DNA of 64,000 bases, taken from NCBI GenBank assembly GCA_038087875.1, contig JAXLNO010000416.1, positions 62,001 through 126,000 on the forward strand, written 5' to 3'. The notes beneath the pieces are model-generated. The model was not told the DNA's origin. It did not search any database and saw nothing but the letters and a program-made list of their open reading frames with translations. Numbering within the stretch: position 1 is the stretch's first letter; each line of letters starts with the position of its first letter. The DNA comes from Malacoraja senta. Taxonomy: Eukaryota. The translations under genes were made by a program, and so were the position numbers. Shown here one piece after another: positions 36,361 through 49,032 of this stretch.

Positions 36361-39300
36361 GAAATAAGTTCGGTACCGCAAGAGATGCTACACTTGTCAC
36401 TCGTAACAAGGGCAGAATCCCATTAGTCCTCACCTTCCACCCCACTAACCGTCACATATAACAAATTTTCGCCACCTCCAACGTGACCCCACCACTCGCC
36501 ACATCTTCCCATCTCCCCCCCGTCTGCTTTCCGCAAACACCGCTCCCTCCGTAACTCCCTGGTCAATTCTTCCCTTCCCTCCCGCACCGCCCCCTCCCCG
36601 GGCACTTTCCCTTGCAGCTGCAAGAGATTCTACACTTGTCACTAAACACTTTGTCTACAGGCAGCCTGCCATTGAAGTTAATGAGAGTGAAGCCATTTTG
36701 GATGCTGGCATTTCCCTGTGGAGCTGCAGGCGGCCATCTTGTTGACTGGCAGTCTGCTGTTGCAGTCCATTGACAGTGAAGCCCCGGGCGGCCATCTTAG
36801 CTACTGGCAGTGTTCCATTGAAGTCAATGGGAGTGAAGCCCAAGGAGGCGTCCATCTTTGGTCAAGGCACTGACATTGAAGTCAAAGGGAGTGATGTTCT
36901 GGGCGGCCATCTTAGTTACTGGAAGGCTTCCATTGAAGTCAATATGAGTGAAGCCCTGGACGGCCATCTTAGCTACTGGCAGCCTTCATTTTTTTTCTCT
37001 CTCTCTCTCTCTCCCTCTTTCGTTCTCTTTCTCTCTCTCCGCTCCTCTGGCTTCCTCTTCTCATTCCCTTCTCTCTCTCTCCTTCTCTATCTCTTTTCCC
37101 TCTCCAAGGAGGCGGCCATCTTTGGTCAGGGCACATTGAAATCAATGGGAGGTGAGGTCAGGGAGGCGGCCATCTTTGGTCAGGGCACTTCCATTGAAGT
37201 CAATGGGTGGTGAGGCCAGGGGGCGGCCATATTTGGTCAGGGCACTTCCATTGCAGTCAATGGGAGGTGAGGCCAGGGGGCGGACATATTTGGTCAGGGC
37301 ACTTCCATTTAAGGCAATGACGTGAGGTCAGGGAGGCGGCCATCTTTGGTCAGGGCGCTTCCATTGAAGTCAATGGGAGGTGAAGCCCAGGGTGGCGGCC
37401 ATCTTTCATCAGGGCGCTTCCATTGAAGTCAAAGGGAGATGAATCCCAGGGAGGAGGCCATCTTGACTGCTGGCACTCCCATTGTAGTCACTTAAAATGG
37501 GGAATAGCAGGGCTGCCAACATTGGGTGAGAGTTGAGAGTGAGAAATTGCGAGGGAGCATAGCAACCGGGGGGTGAGGGTGTGGGAGGGGGTGTTCCCCC
37601 TCCCATGGTTGGGAGCTTTTGCATTTTTCAGCTTGAAATTGTGCAATCTGGTGCATACTGTAGCGAAACTTTTAACCAGCATTTGAATGCAACATTTATG
37701 CTTTGAATTGGATTAGGTATGAATAAGGTTAGGCTAAATTACATTCCTAATTACATTCCACAATAGTGCCAGGCTCTGATCAACAGGTGCAGCACATGAA
37801 TGATTGTATTCATATATGGAAATCAGATTATATTCATGCTGTTATGTATATATATAGAGAAAAATGCAGAGAAACAAAGCAAAAGTCGAACTTCCATCAC
37901 TGTCCTGCACAAATAAATAAATCAACCTTGTTCATGAAGGAACTACAGATGCTGGAGAATCGGACGTAGACAAAATTGCTGGAGAAATTCATCGGGTGCG
38001 GCAGCATCTATGGAGCGAAGGAAATAGGCAACGTTTCGGGCCGAAACCCTACTTCAGACGGTTTCAACCTTACCCTTTGAATATAGATACAAGACGAAAA
38101 TAATGCCACATATTCAATCATATATGGTTCAATGCAATTAAGATATATATGTAAAAATATATATGGAAACAGGCCCTTCCGCCCAGAAAGTCCAAACCGA
38201 CCAGCAATCTATCATACACCAATTCCATCCATCACGCCAGGGACAATTTACAGAAGCCAATTAACCTACAAACCTGCACTTCTTTCGGATATGGGAGAAA
38301 CCGGAATATCCAGAGAAAACCCATGTGGTAGTAAGGCAGCAACTCTACCACTGCGCCACCGTGCCACCCCATTAAATTATTTTTTCTGTAATATATTTAT
38401 TATGGTGTCACGTGAATAAAGATGAACACATGATTCTGATTTCTGCCCTTAGTTGGATAACACACATGTCCAGTCATTGTGTTTTATGGCTGTTTTTTCA
38501 ATCTCTTCAGGCTGAAGGTCTCGACTCGAAAGATCACCCATTCTTTCTCTCCAGAGATGCTGCCTGTCCTGCTGAGTTTTTCTAGTTTTTAGTGTCTATC
38601 TTCAGTTTAAACCAGCATCAGCAATTCCTTCCAACACTATTTGTTAAGCAAAACAGGTCCTATTCTCATTATATAATTTTGTGATCAGCGTGAGAGCATG
38701 AAAGTTTTGTCAAATGCGTGAGTCTCATGCTCAATGCGTGAGAGTTGGCAGCCCTGCGTACACACACACACAGGGAGACACACAGACACAGGGAGATACA
38801 CACACACACACACACACAGGGAGACACACACACAGGGAGACACACATACACACAGGGAGACACACACACAGGGAGACACACAGACACGCACACACAGGGA
38901 GATACACACACACACAGGGAGACACACACACAGGGGTCACGCATACACACAGGGAGACACACACACACAGGGACACACACACACACAGCGAGACACACGC
39001 ACACACAGGGAGTCACACACACACACACACACACACACACAGGGAGACACACACACACAGGGAGACACACACACAGGGAGACACACACACACAGGGAGAC
39101 ACACACACAGGGAGACACACACACACACAGGGACACACACACCCACACACACACAAGGAGACACACACAGGGAGACAGACACACAAGCACACACACACAC
39201 CTCTTCTTCCCCCTCCCTCCATCCTCCCCTTCCTCCCTCCTGTCCCCATCCTCCTCTCTTTCCTTCCCCTCCCTCTTTCTCCACTTTCTCCTTTCCTTCC

Positions 39301-42282
39301 TTCATCGCCTTTCTACATTCCCTCCCCATGTCTCGCTTTGCCTCCATCCCTCCCTTTTTTTTCTTTCCCTCTCTCTCTCTCTCTCTTACCCCCCTCCCTC
39401 TCTCTCCCCGGCCGCCCAATGGGGAGTCTGGCGCGCACGGTGTAGCGTGGATTGGCGGCGCTGGCGCTGCCGTGTGAGTTGAAGGGCAGGAGGGAGGGAA
39501 GAAGGGAGGGAGGGAGCGATGCTGCAGCGGCGGCCGGCAGCGCAGCGCTCACAGCCGGCAAATAGAGGCGCTGACACCCGGCGGCTGCAAATCCAACCAA
39601 GAGAGAAGAGACGCGACGTCACTCACAGCCGGCAACAGACGCGCTTCCCCAGACCGTGCAGATCCCTGGCACGTGGCGCAAAGGGACAAACTGTGCAGGG
39701 ACTGAACTCAGCGTGAGAACTCGGTCATGAGCGTGAGGGCGTGAGAATTTGCTCCAAGGCGTGATTCTCACGCTGAAAGCGTGAGAGTTGGCAGCCCTGT
39801 ATAATCGGCATGTAAGCAAGGCAATGTGACTTCAATATGCATGTGGGGATTTCACTGCATGTAGATTGGGGTAATCATGTTTGTACTGGATCATTTGAAT
39901 TATTGCAGAGGTGTGACATCCTACGTTAGCGCTGATGTCTACAGATGTGAACTGTAATTCACAAACAACTTACTTTCTGTTCAGATTGCCAGCCTGCATT
40001 ATCCTGCTAGTTGTCACTTCATTGAGTGCTGGCAGTTGTGACATTGAACAATTGTGCTGAAGTATCTTTTTTAAGCTTTTTGTCATTAAAATCTTGGGGT
40101 CTAAATCCAAACAGCTGTTAGTAAAGGCACCACACATAATCCTCATAATCAACACAAAACACTGAAGGCAACCATTGATGGTGACATGAATCTTTGTTCA
40201 CCAAAATCAAAGCATCATCAACTGTCACAAAACAAGATGGAGAAAAGCAAAAGATTGCAGTTGCTTCAAATCGTGCAAATACGAGCATTTGGAATATCCA
40301 TTTCATGACATGCAATTCACAACAGGCAATTGCCCAGGCCCCAGCACGTTCATCATTCATAGGAGCAGAATCAGGCCATTCGGCCCATTAAATACCACTC
40401 CGCCATTCAATAATGGCTGAACTACCTTTCTCCCAACACATTCTCCCCTCTAGATAGGGTAACAGCGTAGCAGTGAACAAAGGAACAGAAGGGAAAGGAC
40501 ACAATGTGCTGGAGAAACTCAGTCTGAACTGAAGAAGGTTCCCAACCCAAAACAACACCTCATGTGCTCTAGAGATGCTGCCTGATCTGCTGGTTTACTC
40601 CAGCACTTTGTCCCCTTTAGTGGATTAACCAGCATCTAGTTTCTTGTTTCTACAAAGGAACAGAAACAATAGATTCATGGTCAACTATAAAAGTCAGAGA
40701 ACAGCACAAATTCAACGTTTCCAAAAATGGGTGAACTACTTGAAGCCCTGTGTAGACATAATTTCAATGGCTTGTTTCACACAAATACAGGGAACCACAG
40801 TCTTGCCATTGAAAACAAGTAGTGTGGATAGTTATACTTCTTCAGTTAGATAAACTATCAAGCACACCAGTGTTGCTTTCAGCAATCCAATCCTTGTGAT
40901 GAGATTGTTTTCATTCTTTTCAAAGAATTCATTCAAAGAAGTCCTTCATTTCCAGCTTACAGTTAAATACAAGCAAAACGTTGCAACGGAACACACCTGA
41001 ACTGCACCAGACCACAGATTTCCACCTCTTTTCATTTGATTAAATTTCAAAATTCTAATGAGCATCTTAAGAATGTTTAGACGCAGATCTCTGCAAAAGC
41101 AAGAGTCATCTGTGAGCAACTTGTAAACTGAACATGAGCCATCCTGTTTTTTCCTGTCTTTCCCCTCCATCAGCCAGCTGCTGTCTTGTGTTGAATCCAC
41201 AAAGGCTTGATTCATCCTTATGATTACTCTTGTACTTTGCACCACCACTTCCCGTCCATCGCCCCAACCCCCGGCCCAATGATACAGTCAGGGACTGGCA
41301 ATGGCAGAATTCTGCCCACCCTCCAGAGCAAGTCATCCCACCCCACGGACTTCTTCCCAATACACACCAACAGCACAGTGCCCACCCTCCTGTCTCCGGT
41401 CCCAAAACATGCGGGCAAAGGTTTAGTTGCCGGGGCAGAGCCCGATTGATAAAGCAATCACTCCCTAGGCCCAAGATAGACAATAAAAGCTGGAGTAACT
41501 CAGCGGGTCAGACAACATCTCTGGAAACAGGATTGAGGTCGAGACCCTTCTTCAGACTGAGACAGGGGAAAGGGCTCCAATTTACAGTTAAATGCAAGTT
41601 AAACTTTGCATCATTACTACATCTCTAGTGGACACCGGCAGAAGCAGCTAAGGTAGCAGCCGGTTCCACTGTCCAGCCCGGTAGCTGCTCGCAGCCACCC
41701 GAGCTACTTCTCCCCCCAGCCTCAATGCAGTGGCATTGCACTCCTCGTGCAAGGGGCGTCGCAAGTGGCATGATCCCGACCCCTCCTTCACAACATTCAT
41801 GCCCTCCCCGCAACTTTACCCCAGGCCAGACTCTCCAAACGCTGTGAAAGAATCTCTCCTCCCCCACCCCCCGGGAAATACGGTATTTAGAAACATAAAC
41901 ACAAAATGTACTTACCACATTTACGGTACACAAACTCCATTCTTCTCTCTTTGTTTCCTAAGATAGACTTAAAATATTGACAATCCATTTTTGAAAACCC
42001 CGCCAAGAAACCAGCGCTGCGCTTGTGCAGTAGGCTGCTGCTGCCCAGTGCTGCAAAGGCAGAATTTCTGCTACCTTCAGCTCCCTTGTCATTGACGGCT
42101 TGAAGCAGCGCTGACGGCATGTGGGCTGCACAGACCTTCAAGGGTTACAAGTGCTGCGGATGAAAGGCACGGAGAATTATGCCTACCTAAGAGATCGATC
42201 CCTTAGATAGGCATAATTCTCCCATGCCTTTACTATTTATATTTAGTTATTACCATTTTATAATTTTAGTCAGGGTAGGCAG

Positions 42283-42492
42283 TGTAAAGACTGTCCAAAC
42301 ACATGGTGTCTTCACTCTAGTTTATTGCATACATTGTATTCGTATACACACATATTGCCCTAGCTGTTCGTGGTCCGTTACCGGAGCTAGAGAGCGAGCT
42401 AGGGGTGGGAAGGTTACATTTATACTGAAGCTAATGGGGAGTGGTTAGTAGAAGTGAGGTCACCATGTTAAAGGAACATGCACGGCTCTACA
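42283..42492 (-). repeat. 3' LTR (210 bp)
   Basis: Direct repeat of 46806-47015, adjacent to the PPT. Confidence 0.95.
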
Positions 42493-42618
42493 TCCTTCCC
42501 CTTGAAAAGGGAAACATAGCAATAATGACAGTGAGACCACGACTCATACGCTAGGCACAAACCCGCGCGTACATCGTCAGGAAAAACTTAAAACATTCAA
42601 GCAAACTCCCCGTAACGT

Positions 42619-45600
42619 TCAGGCGGCTTGACCAGACGCCCGGAGCGGGTATGCAGCCCGCCTCCCCCCCCCTCCCGAAGGTAGAGTGGGCACCGGGGCA
42701 GGAGCGGCGATAGGTGAGCCGAAAGGGGAGTGAGCAGGAGAGGGAGTACGAGGAGACCGGGGAGGAGACAAGGGCACCGCAACGGGCACACGAGCGGGAG
42801 ATGGCTGATGGGGGGGGCCAGGAGGAGCAGCGGGAGAACGGGGCGCCAAGGGTCGCGAGGGCAGAGGAGCGGGAGGCAACGAGGCGGCAACCGGGGGAGC
42901 AAAAGGGGCTGCGGGAGGGGGAGCGGGCTCGTTGACTGGCAGCAAATGCTGGCGGGACCGGCGGTAGATTGTGCCCTCGTAGTCAACCAGGTAAGAGCGC
43001 GGAGAGTCGGCAAAGCCGATGACAACAGCCAAGCGGTGGTGTCCGGAGGGGGACTGCATCCGGACGACCTGGCCCTCGAAGAGGGGCTGAAGGGGACGGC
43101 ATGACTTGTCGTGGGAGCGCTTCTGGACGACCTGTTTCTGGGTAATACGCTTCTGGACAGCAGCAGGGCTGCGGACTGCGGGCTGTAGCGACCGCTGGGA
43201 GACAGGGATTGGAGGGCGAGTGGTGCGGGACATGAGCCGTTGAGCCGGTGAGCCCATGGCAGGGTCGCGACTAATATTTCGGAGATTCAGTAGAGCGAGA
43301 TAAAAATCCGACTGCGACAGTCTGCAATGTTCCAGCAGCTCCTTGGCACTGCGGACGGCGCGCTCAGCAAGGCCGTTGCTCTGCGGGTACTCCGGGCTGC
43401 TGGTGATGTGGCGAAAGTTGTAGGCGGCGGCGAATGCGCGGAACTCAGCACTCGTGAACTGGCCCCCGTTGTCAGACTGCACAGTCACAGGAATGCCAAA
43501 GGTTGCAAAGAGGGGTTGCAACGTCCCGATGACCGCAGCAGAAGTGAAGGAGTGCAGACGCTTAATCTCGAACCAGCTGGAGTAAGAGTCGACCAGGACC
43601 AGGAAATGTTTGCCACGCCACTCAAATATGTCCGTAGCGACCGCCATCCACGCCAGGGCGGGGGCAGGCTGTTGCAGGAGTGGCTGGCGTTGCTGGTGGG
43701 GAGAGAGGGTATTGCAGGTGGAGCAGGCAGAGACCCTCTCCCGGATGTCCTGTGCCATGCTGGGCCAATAAAATTGGCTCTGGGCCTGGGACAGGGTGGC
43801 ATCGGCACCGGGATGGCCGTTGTGGGCAGTTTGGAAATAGTGGTCCCGCAGAGCGGCAGGCACCACAACCTTGTGGCCCTTCACCACCACGCCGCCCTGC
43901 AGCACAAGTTCGTCCCGGACTAGGAAGTAGGGCGCAGCACCAGCCGGCAAGGGTGAGCGACGGTCAGGCCAGCCGCGACGGATGACGTCTATAAGCTGTT
44001 GCAGGGCAGGATCCTTGGCAGTGTGGTGAATCAGGGACTGCATCTGCTGGGAAGGCATGAAGTTGACGTTTAGCACCATCAGGTCGGATGACTCGTACGG
44101 GTGGCGGGCTGTAGAAGCCAGCGGTGCGCGGGACAGCGTGTCAGCCACAAACATGTCCTTGCCCTTGCGGTACACGATTTGAAACGTGAAGCGTTGGAGT
44201 TGCAGCATCATACGCTGCAAACGGGAAGAGGCAACGTGGATCGGTTTGTTTAAGATCGTGACCAGCGGCTGGTGGTCGGTTTCGATAGTGAAGGTGTTAC
44301 CTATAATGTAGTCCCTGAACTTCGAGCAGGCAAACACCACGGCAAGGAGCTCTTTCTCGATCTGAGCGTAGCGTTGCTCGGTTGGAGTCATGGTGCGGGA
44401 GGCGTAGGAGACAGGTAGCTGCAGGCGGTCGTGGATCTGCAGGCAGGCGGCACCGAGACCGAAACTTGATGCATCGCAGGTAATGACGATAGGGCGCTTT
44501 AAGTCGAAGAACTTCAGAGTGGGGGTGCGAACCAGCCGGGATTTCAAGTCATCGAAGGCTGCCTGATGCAGCGGGTACCAAACCCAGGCAGTGTCCATCT
44601 TGGTCAGTTCCCTCAGGGGCGCACTCAGCTCGCTGAGGTCGGGAATAAATTTCCCCAGATAGTTCATCATGCCCAAGAAGCGTTGCAGGCTTGGCACGTT
44701 GACCGGAGCTGGCATCTCTGAGACCGCAGCTGTCTTCTGTGGGTCTGGTTTCAGACCCTCGGCCGTAAAAACGTGGCCCACGTAGGTGACCTCCGGGACG
44801 CAGAAACGGCACTTCTTGGGGTTCAGTTTGAGGTTGATTTCCCGAGCCCGATCCAGGACCAGACGGAGGTGGAGGTCGTGCTCAGCGACGTCCCTCCCGT
44901 ACACCAAGATGTCATCAACGATGATAGCACACGGCAGACCTGCAAATAGCTGTTCCATGGTGCGCTGGAAAACCTCGCTGGCAGAATTGATCCCGAAAGG
45001 CATGCGGAGGAAACGGAACCTGCCGAAAGGTGTACCAAAAGTGGTCAGTAAAGATGAACGTTCATCCAGCGGAATCTGCCAGAAAGAGTTCTTGGCATCG
45101 AGGACAGAGAATACAGTGGCCGGGCCAACCTTTGCAGCGACATCCTCCACCGTTCGCATGGGGTAATGCGGGCGCTTGATGGCAAGGTTTAGGTCCTTGG
45201 GGTTGATACAGATCCGAATCTCACTCTTGTCCTTCTTAGCAGCAACGACCATGGTGGAGACCCACCGGGTGGCATCGCTCACTTCCTTGATGATGCCCAT
45301 GGCCACCATCTGGCGTAGAGTGGACTCCACCTTGTCCTTCATAGCAAAGGAGACGCGGTGAGGAGGGCGGACTACCGGATGGACCTCCGGGTCCACCTCG
45401 ATTTCGTACTTGCAGGGTAGTTTGCCCAATACTTCGTCAAAACGGTCGGGGTATTCGCACATGGGATCCATGCGGGTCTGCACCGGGTGGATGTCGTGGT
45501 GGAAGGACACCAAACCGAGGTCCTGGCACGCACGGGCGCCCAACAGAGTAACATTCTCAGATTCCAGCAGGAGGAAAGAGAGGGGCCGAGAGGCCTTCAG

Positions 45601-46713
45601 AACTGAGCAGATAAGGGTGGCCTTGCCGACTGGGAATAGCATGCTCCCCCCATATGCACGGAGGCGGGAGTGATCAGCGGTAATGTTCTCACCAGCTCTT
45701 ATCTGTTGAAAAAGACTTAACGACATAATATTCGTAAACGCCCCCGTATCTACCTTAGCAGAGAAGGTCATCCCATTCACAGTAACTCGAACTGATGGAT
45801 CAGCTATCAAAGCATGTGCACCCAGGACTGAAAAAACAAGCGATTCATCATGGGAGGAGCTGTTATCAGAATCAGGGAGGTCGACTGGAAGGTATTCGGA
45901 GTCATAAACACTGTCAGTAGCAGTCAGGTTGTGTAGACTCTTTCTCAGAGCAGGGACAGGCTGGCCCCTGGAACGGCACGCTGCGGAGAAGTGATTAAGC
46001 TTCTTACACAAATTACAAGTCTTACCCAGAGCAGGGCAAACATCAAATTGATGATTGACAAAGTTGCAGTTTGGGCATCGGCGAGGGTTGACCCTTGCAG
46101 GCGTAGGGGTGCTACGCTGGCGTGGCGGGCCATCGCGCCGCGGGCGTCCAGCAGCACCGGCATAGTTAATGTCCTCAGCTTCAGGGGGAGATACGGCGTC
46201 GACAGCAGCAGACATGCGAGAGGCATGCAAAGCGTCGTTTAAAGTGAGGTCCGGCTTTCTCAGAAGCTCAGCCCGTAGCTTCACGTCCTGTAGACCGTGA
46301 ACTAGGACATCTCTGATCAACTGATCGGAGGTCAACGTCTCCAGGTGGCAACGCCGGGCCAGGTGACGCAGCGATGCCACGAAGGTATCGATGTGCTCCC
46401 CGGGTTTCTGGCGCCTGCTGAAAAACTTGAACCGCTCTAGAATGGAGTTGGTGGGAATGTCACACAGCGCGGCACATTTATTGAGACACACGGGGTCCTC
46501 TGCATTCTCACCATCGGCGTACTCAAAAGATTCAGAACGTTCCATGGCCTCCGGGCCAGCCAGGTTGAGGAGCAGATGTGCTGTAATCGCAGGGGTAATA
46601 TTAGGATGAACGATGGCGACATAGTGCTGGAAGTCGCGCCGGAAAATAGTCCACCGGTGGACGATGTCCGAGTCAAACACCAGAACGTCAGGCTTTCGAC
46701 ACGAGGTGGCCAT
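42619..46713 (-). CDS. Gypsy gag-pol polyprotein (Gag with two Cys/His knuckles, protease, RT, RNase H, integrase)
   Basis: ATG at 46713 (MATSCRKP). CPNC..H..C and CNLC..H..C knuckles; KVDTGA protease; IVDDILVYG RT; CDAS, YAQIEKELLA and TDHQPL RNase H; HNGHPG..CSTC, SDNGGQF and NGLAER integrase. Confidence 0.93.
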   Translation of the reverse strand: MATSCRKPDVLVFDSDIVHRWTIFRRDFQHYVAIVHPNITPAITAHLLLNLAGPEAMERSESFEYADGENAEDPVCLNKCAALCDIPTNSILERFKFFSRRQKPGEHIDTFVASLRHLARRCHLETLTSDQLIRDVLVHGLQDVKLRAELLRKPDLTLNDALHASRMSAAVDAVSPPEAEDINYAGAAGRPRRDGPPRQRSTPTPARVNPRRCPNCNFVNHQFDVCPALGKTCNLCKKLNHFSAACRSRGQPVPALRKSLHNLTATDSVYDSEYLPVDLPDSDNSSSHDESLVFSVLGAHALIADPSVRVTVNGMTFSAKVDTGAFTNIMSLSLFQQIRAGENITADHSRLRAYGGSMLFPVGKATLICSVLKASRPLSFLLLESENVTLLGARACQDLGLVSFHHDIHPVQTRMDPMCEYPDRFDEVLGKLPCKYEIEVDPEVHPVVRPPHRVSFAMKDKVESTLRQMVAMGIIKEVSDATRWVSTMVVAAKKDKSEIRICINPKDLNLAIKRPHYPMRTVEDVAAKVGPATVFSVLDAKNSFWQIPLDERSSLLTTFGTPFGRFRFLRMPFGINSASEVFQRTMEQLFAGLPCAIIVDDILVYGRDVAEHDLHLRLVLDRAREINLKLNPKKCRFCVPEVTYVGHVFTAEGLKPDPQKTAAVSEMPAPVNVPSLQRFLGMMNYLGKFIPDLSELSAPLRELTKMDTAWVWYPLHQAAFDDLKSRLVRTPTLKFFDLKRPIVITCDASSFGLGAACLQIHDRLQLPVSYASRTMTPTEQRYAQIEKELLAVVFACSKFRDYIIGNTFTIETDHQPLVTILNKPIHVASSRLQRMMLQLQRFTFQIVYRKGKDMFVADTLSRAPLASTARHPYESSDLMVLNVNFMPSQQMQSLIHHTAKDPALQQLIDVIRRGWPDRRSPLPAGAAPYFLVRDELVLQGGVVVKGHKVVVPAALRDHYFQTAHNGHPGADATLSQAQSQFYWPSMAQDIRERVSACSTCNTLSPHQQRQPLLQQPAPALAWMAVATDIFEWRGKHFLVLVDSYSSWFEIKRLHSFTSAAVIGTLQPLFATFGIPVTVQSDNGGQFTSAEFRAFAAAYNFRHITSSPEYPQSNGLAERAVRSAKELLEHCRLSQSDFYLALLNLRNISRDPAMGSPAQRLMSRTTRPPIPVSQRSLQPAVRSPAAVQKRITQKQVVQKRSHDKSCRPLQPLFEGQVVRMQSPSGHHRLAVVIGFADSPRSYLVDYEGTIYRRSRQHLLPVNEPAPPPAAPFAPPVAASLPPAPLPSRPLAPRSPAAPPGPPHQPSPARVPVAVPLSPPRSPRTPSPAHSPFGSPIAAPAPVPTLPSGGGGRRAAYPLRASGQAA

Positions 46714-46805
46714 AGTACATAAATAGTTGGAAAGGAAAATAAACACTTGGAGAAAAGAAAACAAACCCGATGAACAGGAGACGCAGGGTTAACTTCTTGA
46801 CACCA

Positions 46806-47015
46806 TGTAAAGACTGTCCAAACACATGGTGTCTTCACTCTAGTTTATTGCATACATTGTATTCGTATACACACATATTGCCCTAGCTGTTCGTGGTCCG
46901 TTACCGGAGCTAGAGAGCGAGCTAGGGGTGGGAAGGTTACATTTATACTGAAGCTATTGGGGAGTGGTTAGTAGAAGTGAGGTCACCATGTTAAAGGAAC
47001 ATGCACGGCTCTACA
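46806..47015 (-). repeat. 5' LTR (210 bp)
   Basis: Identical to 42283-42492 except CTATTGGG vs CTAATGGG; minus-strand TATAAA and AATAAA present. Confidence 0.95.
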
Positions 47016-47439
47016 GGCAGTGCCTCCCTTACCTACCCTGACGACACGTGCCTGATTAGTGGTGATGTTTACAGAATACAAACTGTGGTTCACCTGCAAT
47101 TTACTTTCTCTTCAGATTTCCCGCCAACATTGTCCCTATAGGTGTGTGTCATTCACAGTGACAGGAATTGTCATTTTGAATTATTTGCTGAAGATTTTGT
47201 AATCTTTTGTCAGACCTGGAATCACAGTTGCATCTTTGGATCCAAATCCTAGCGGCAACTCACATTTTCCCTTTAAAATGTACATAGTTGAAATTAATAA
47301 TTAAACCATTCACTCCACCACCCTCCCAACGCACACACAAACCAAATATTTAACACTAATTTGTATTGGTCATAGATGGTTGCCTGAACCTTTGTTCAGC
47401 AAAAATCTATCCATCATTAACTGCCAGTCTGAGCGGCAG

Positions 47440-48070
47440 ACAGGTCTGTGAGTCAACAAGTGGCGCTGAAACAAAGCCGAAGAGACAGACATCAGGCAGA
47501 GCCGTGGTTGTCGGGGACTCCATCGTGAGAGGTACAGACAGGGGTTTCTGCAGCAACAGGCGGGATTCAAAGATGGTGTGTTGCCTCCCTGGTCCCACGA
47601 TCCAGGACGTCACGGACCAATTACAGGGCATCCTCAAGGGTGAAGGTGAGCAGCCAGAAGTGGTAGTACATGTCGGCAAAAATGATGTTGGGAAGAAGAG
47701 GAAAGAGATTCTACAGCGTGACTTTACGGAGCTCGGAAGAAGGCTAAAAAGCAGGATCTCCAGGGTGGTTATCTCCAGTTTGCTTCCAGTTCCTCGTGCT
47801 GGAGAGGGCAAGAACAGGGAGATAGGGGATCTGAAGGTGTGGCTGAGGAGCTGGTGCAGGGGGCAGGGATTTGGATTCTTAGCCCATGGGATCTGTTTTG
47901 GGGTAAGGGTGAATTGTACAAAAGGGACAGGTTACACCACTGGCGGGGGACCAGCAATGTGGCAGGCAGGTTTGCCACTGCTCCACGGGGGGGGTTTAAA
48001 GTAAATAGTGGGGGGAGACAAATTGGAAATACAAAGATGGAGTTAAAGGGAAAGAGAATATAGGAAAGGT
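47440..48070 (+). pseudogene. CR1 ORF1 SGNH/GDSL esterase-like fragment
   Basis: AVVVGDSIVRG, CCLPG, VVVHVGKNDV and VVISSLLP motifs in ORF 47366..48004. Confidence 0.82.
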
Positions 48071-48090
48071 TAAGAAAGACACCAGAATTA

Positions 48091-49032
48091 TTATTATAAT
48101 TTTTTTTTTTTTAAATTATTTTAATTATTTTTTATTTTTTTATTAATACTTTTGTTAGAAGCAATGTACAGTAGTATAAACCGTGTATAATATAATACAT
48201 TTCGTGTACAACTTCTTGTTTTAAATTTAATAATAGAGAAGTAACAGAAGCAAGAAAGAAAGGGAAAGAGAAAGTTAAGTAAAGTAGTGATATTGATAGT
48301 TCGTGAAAGAATAGAAAGAAAGAGCCCGTGAAGATATAAAGAAAGAGAAAAAAAAGAAAAAAAGGGGATATACCTGCTTCATATCTTTCCACACCCCTCA
48401 CCCAGTTCTGAAACAATTAATTTCCAGGGTTATGTTGCACCATATACTTGTAATGTTGATAAAAGGAGACCAAATCTTTAAGAATTGGTCTGATTTACCT
48501 GCTAGGACGAATCTCATATCTTCGAGATGTAACATTTCAGACATGCTTGAAATCCACATTTTAAGTGTTGAGGTGGGTGCATTTTCCCAGAATTTGAGTA
48601 TAAGTTTTTTGCCATTATCTAGCCATAGTTTAGAAGACAGTTTTGGAATGAAGTCAGCTCAGAGCCGGCTTCCATTGTTCCAAAAATAATCAATTCTGTG
48701 TTGGGGTACAATTGTATTTTAAATAATTTTGTGAACATTTCAAACATTTATTTCCAAAATTTGTGGAGTTTTATGCATGGAAGTGTGCTATAGTTGCATC
48801 TTGAGATAAGCATTTATCACAGATGGGAGAGACATTTGGAAACATTTTATTCAGATTAGTTTTGAGTAATATAGTCTATGTAAAATGTTAAATTGAATTA
48901 AGGTATGTCTTACATTAATCGAACATTTGTGTACGTATGACAAATATTTATCCCATCTGTCTTTCGAAATTGTTATAGATAGTTCTTGTTCCCACTCTCT
49001 TCTAATTGCATCTGACGATGGTATTTGTATAT
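48091..49032 (-). mobile_element. 5'-truncated L1-clade LINE 3' end
   Basis: 14-bp TSD AGACACCAGAATTA at 48077-48090 and 49033-49046; A-rich tail on minus at 48091-48140; ORF2 C-terminal remnants similar to 63700-63950. Confidence 0.85.

Larger units (their letters stand above)
42283..47015 (-). mobile_element. Full-length Ty3/Gypsy LTR retrotransposon
   Basis: TG...CA LTRs at 42283-42492 and 46806-47015. 5-bp TSD GGCAG at 42278-42282 and 47016-47020. PBS TGGTGTCAAGAAGT on minus (~46792-46805; tRNA-Leu-like by recall). PPT GGGGAAGGA on minus (42493-42501). Confidence 0.97.
28189..48304 (-). repeat. Right arm of large inverted duplication
   Basis: Mirror of 1-18470. It starts exactly at the gap edge, carries an extra Gypsy element, and lacks left-arm 3758-4988 and the CR1 at 121-1976. 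Confidence 0.97.

Noticed and set aside
42714..46609. Plus-strand ORFs overlapping the Gypsy element
   Set aside because: Antisense shadows of a GC-rich coding sequence; no env-like or other motifs.
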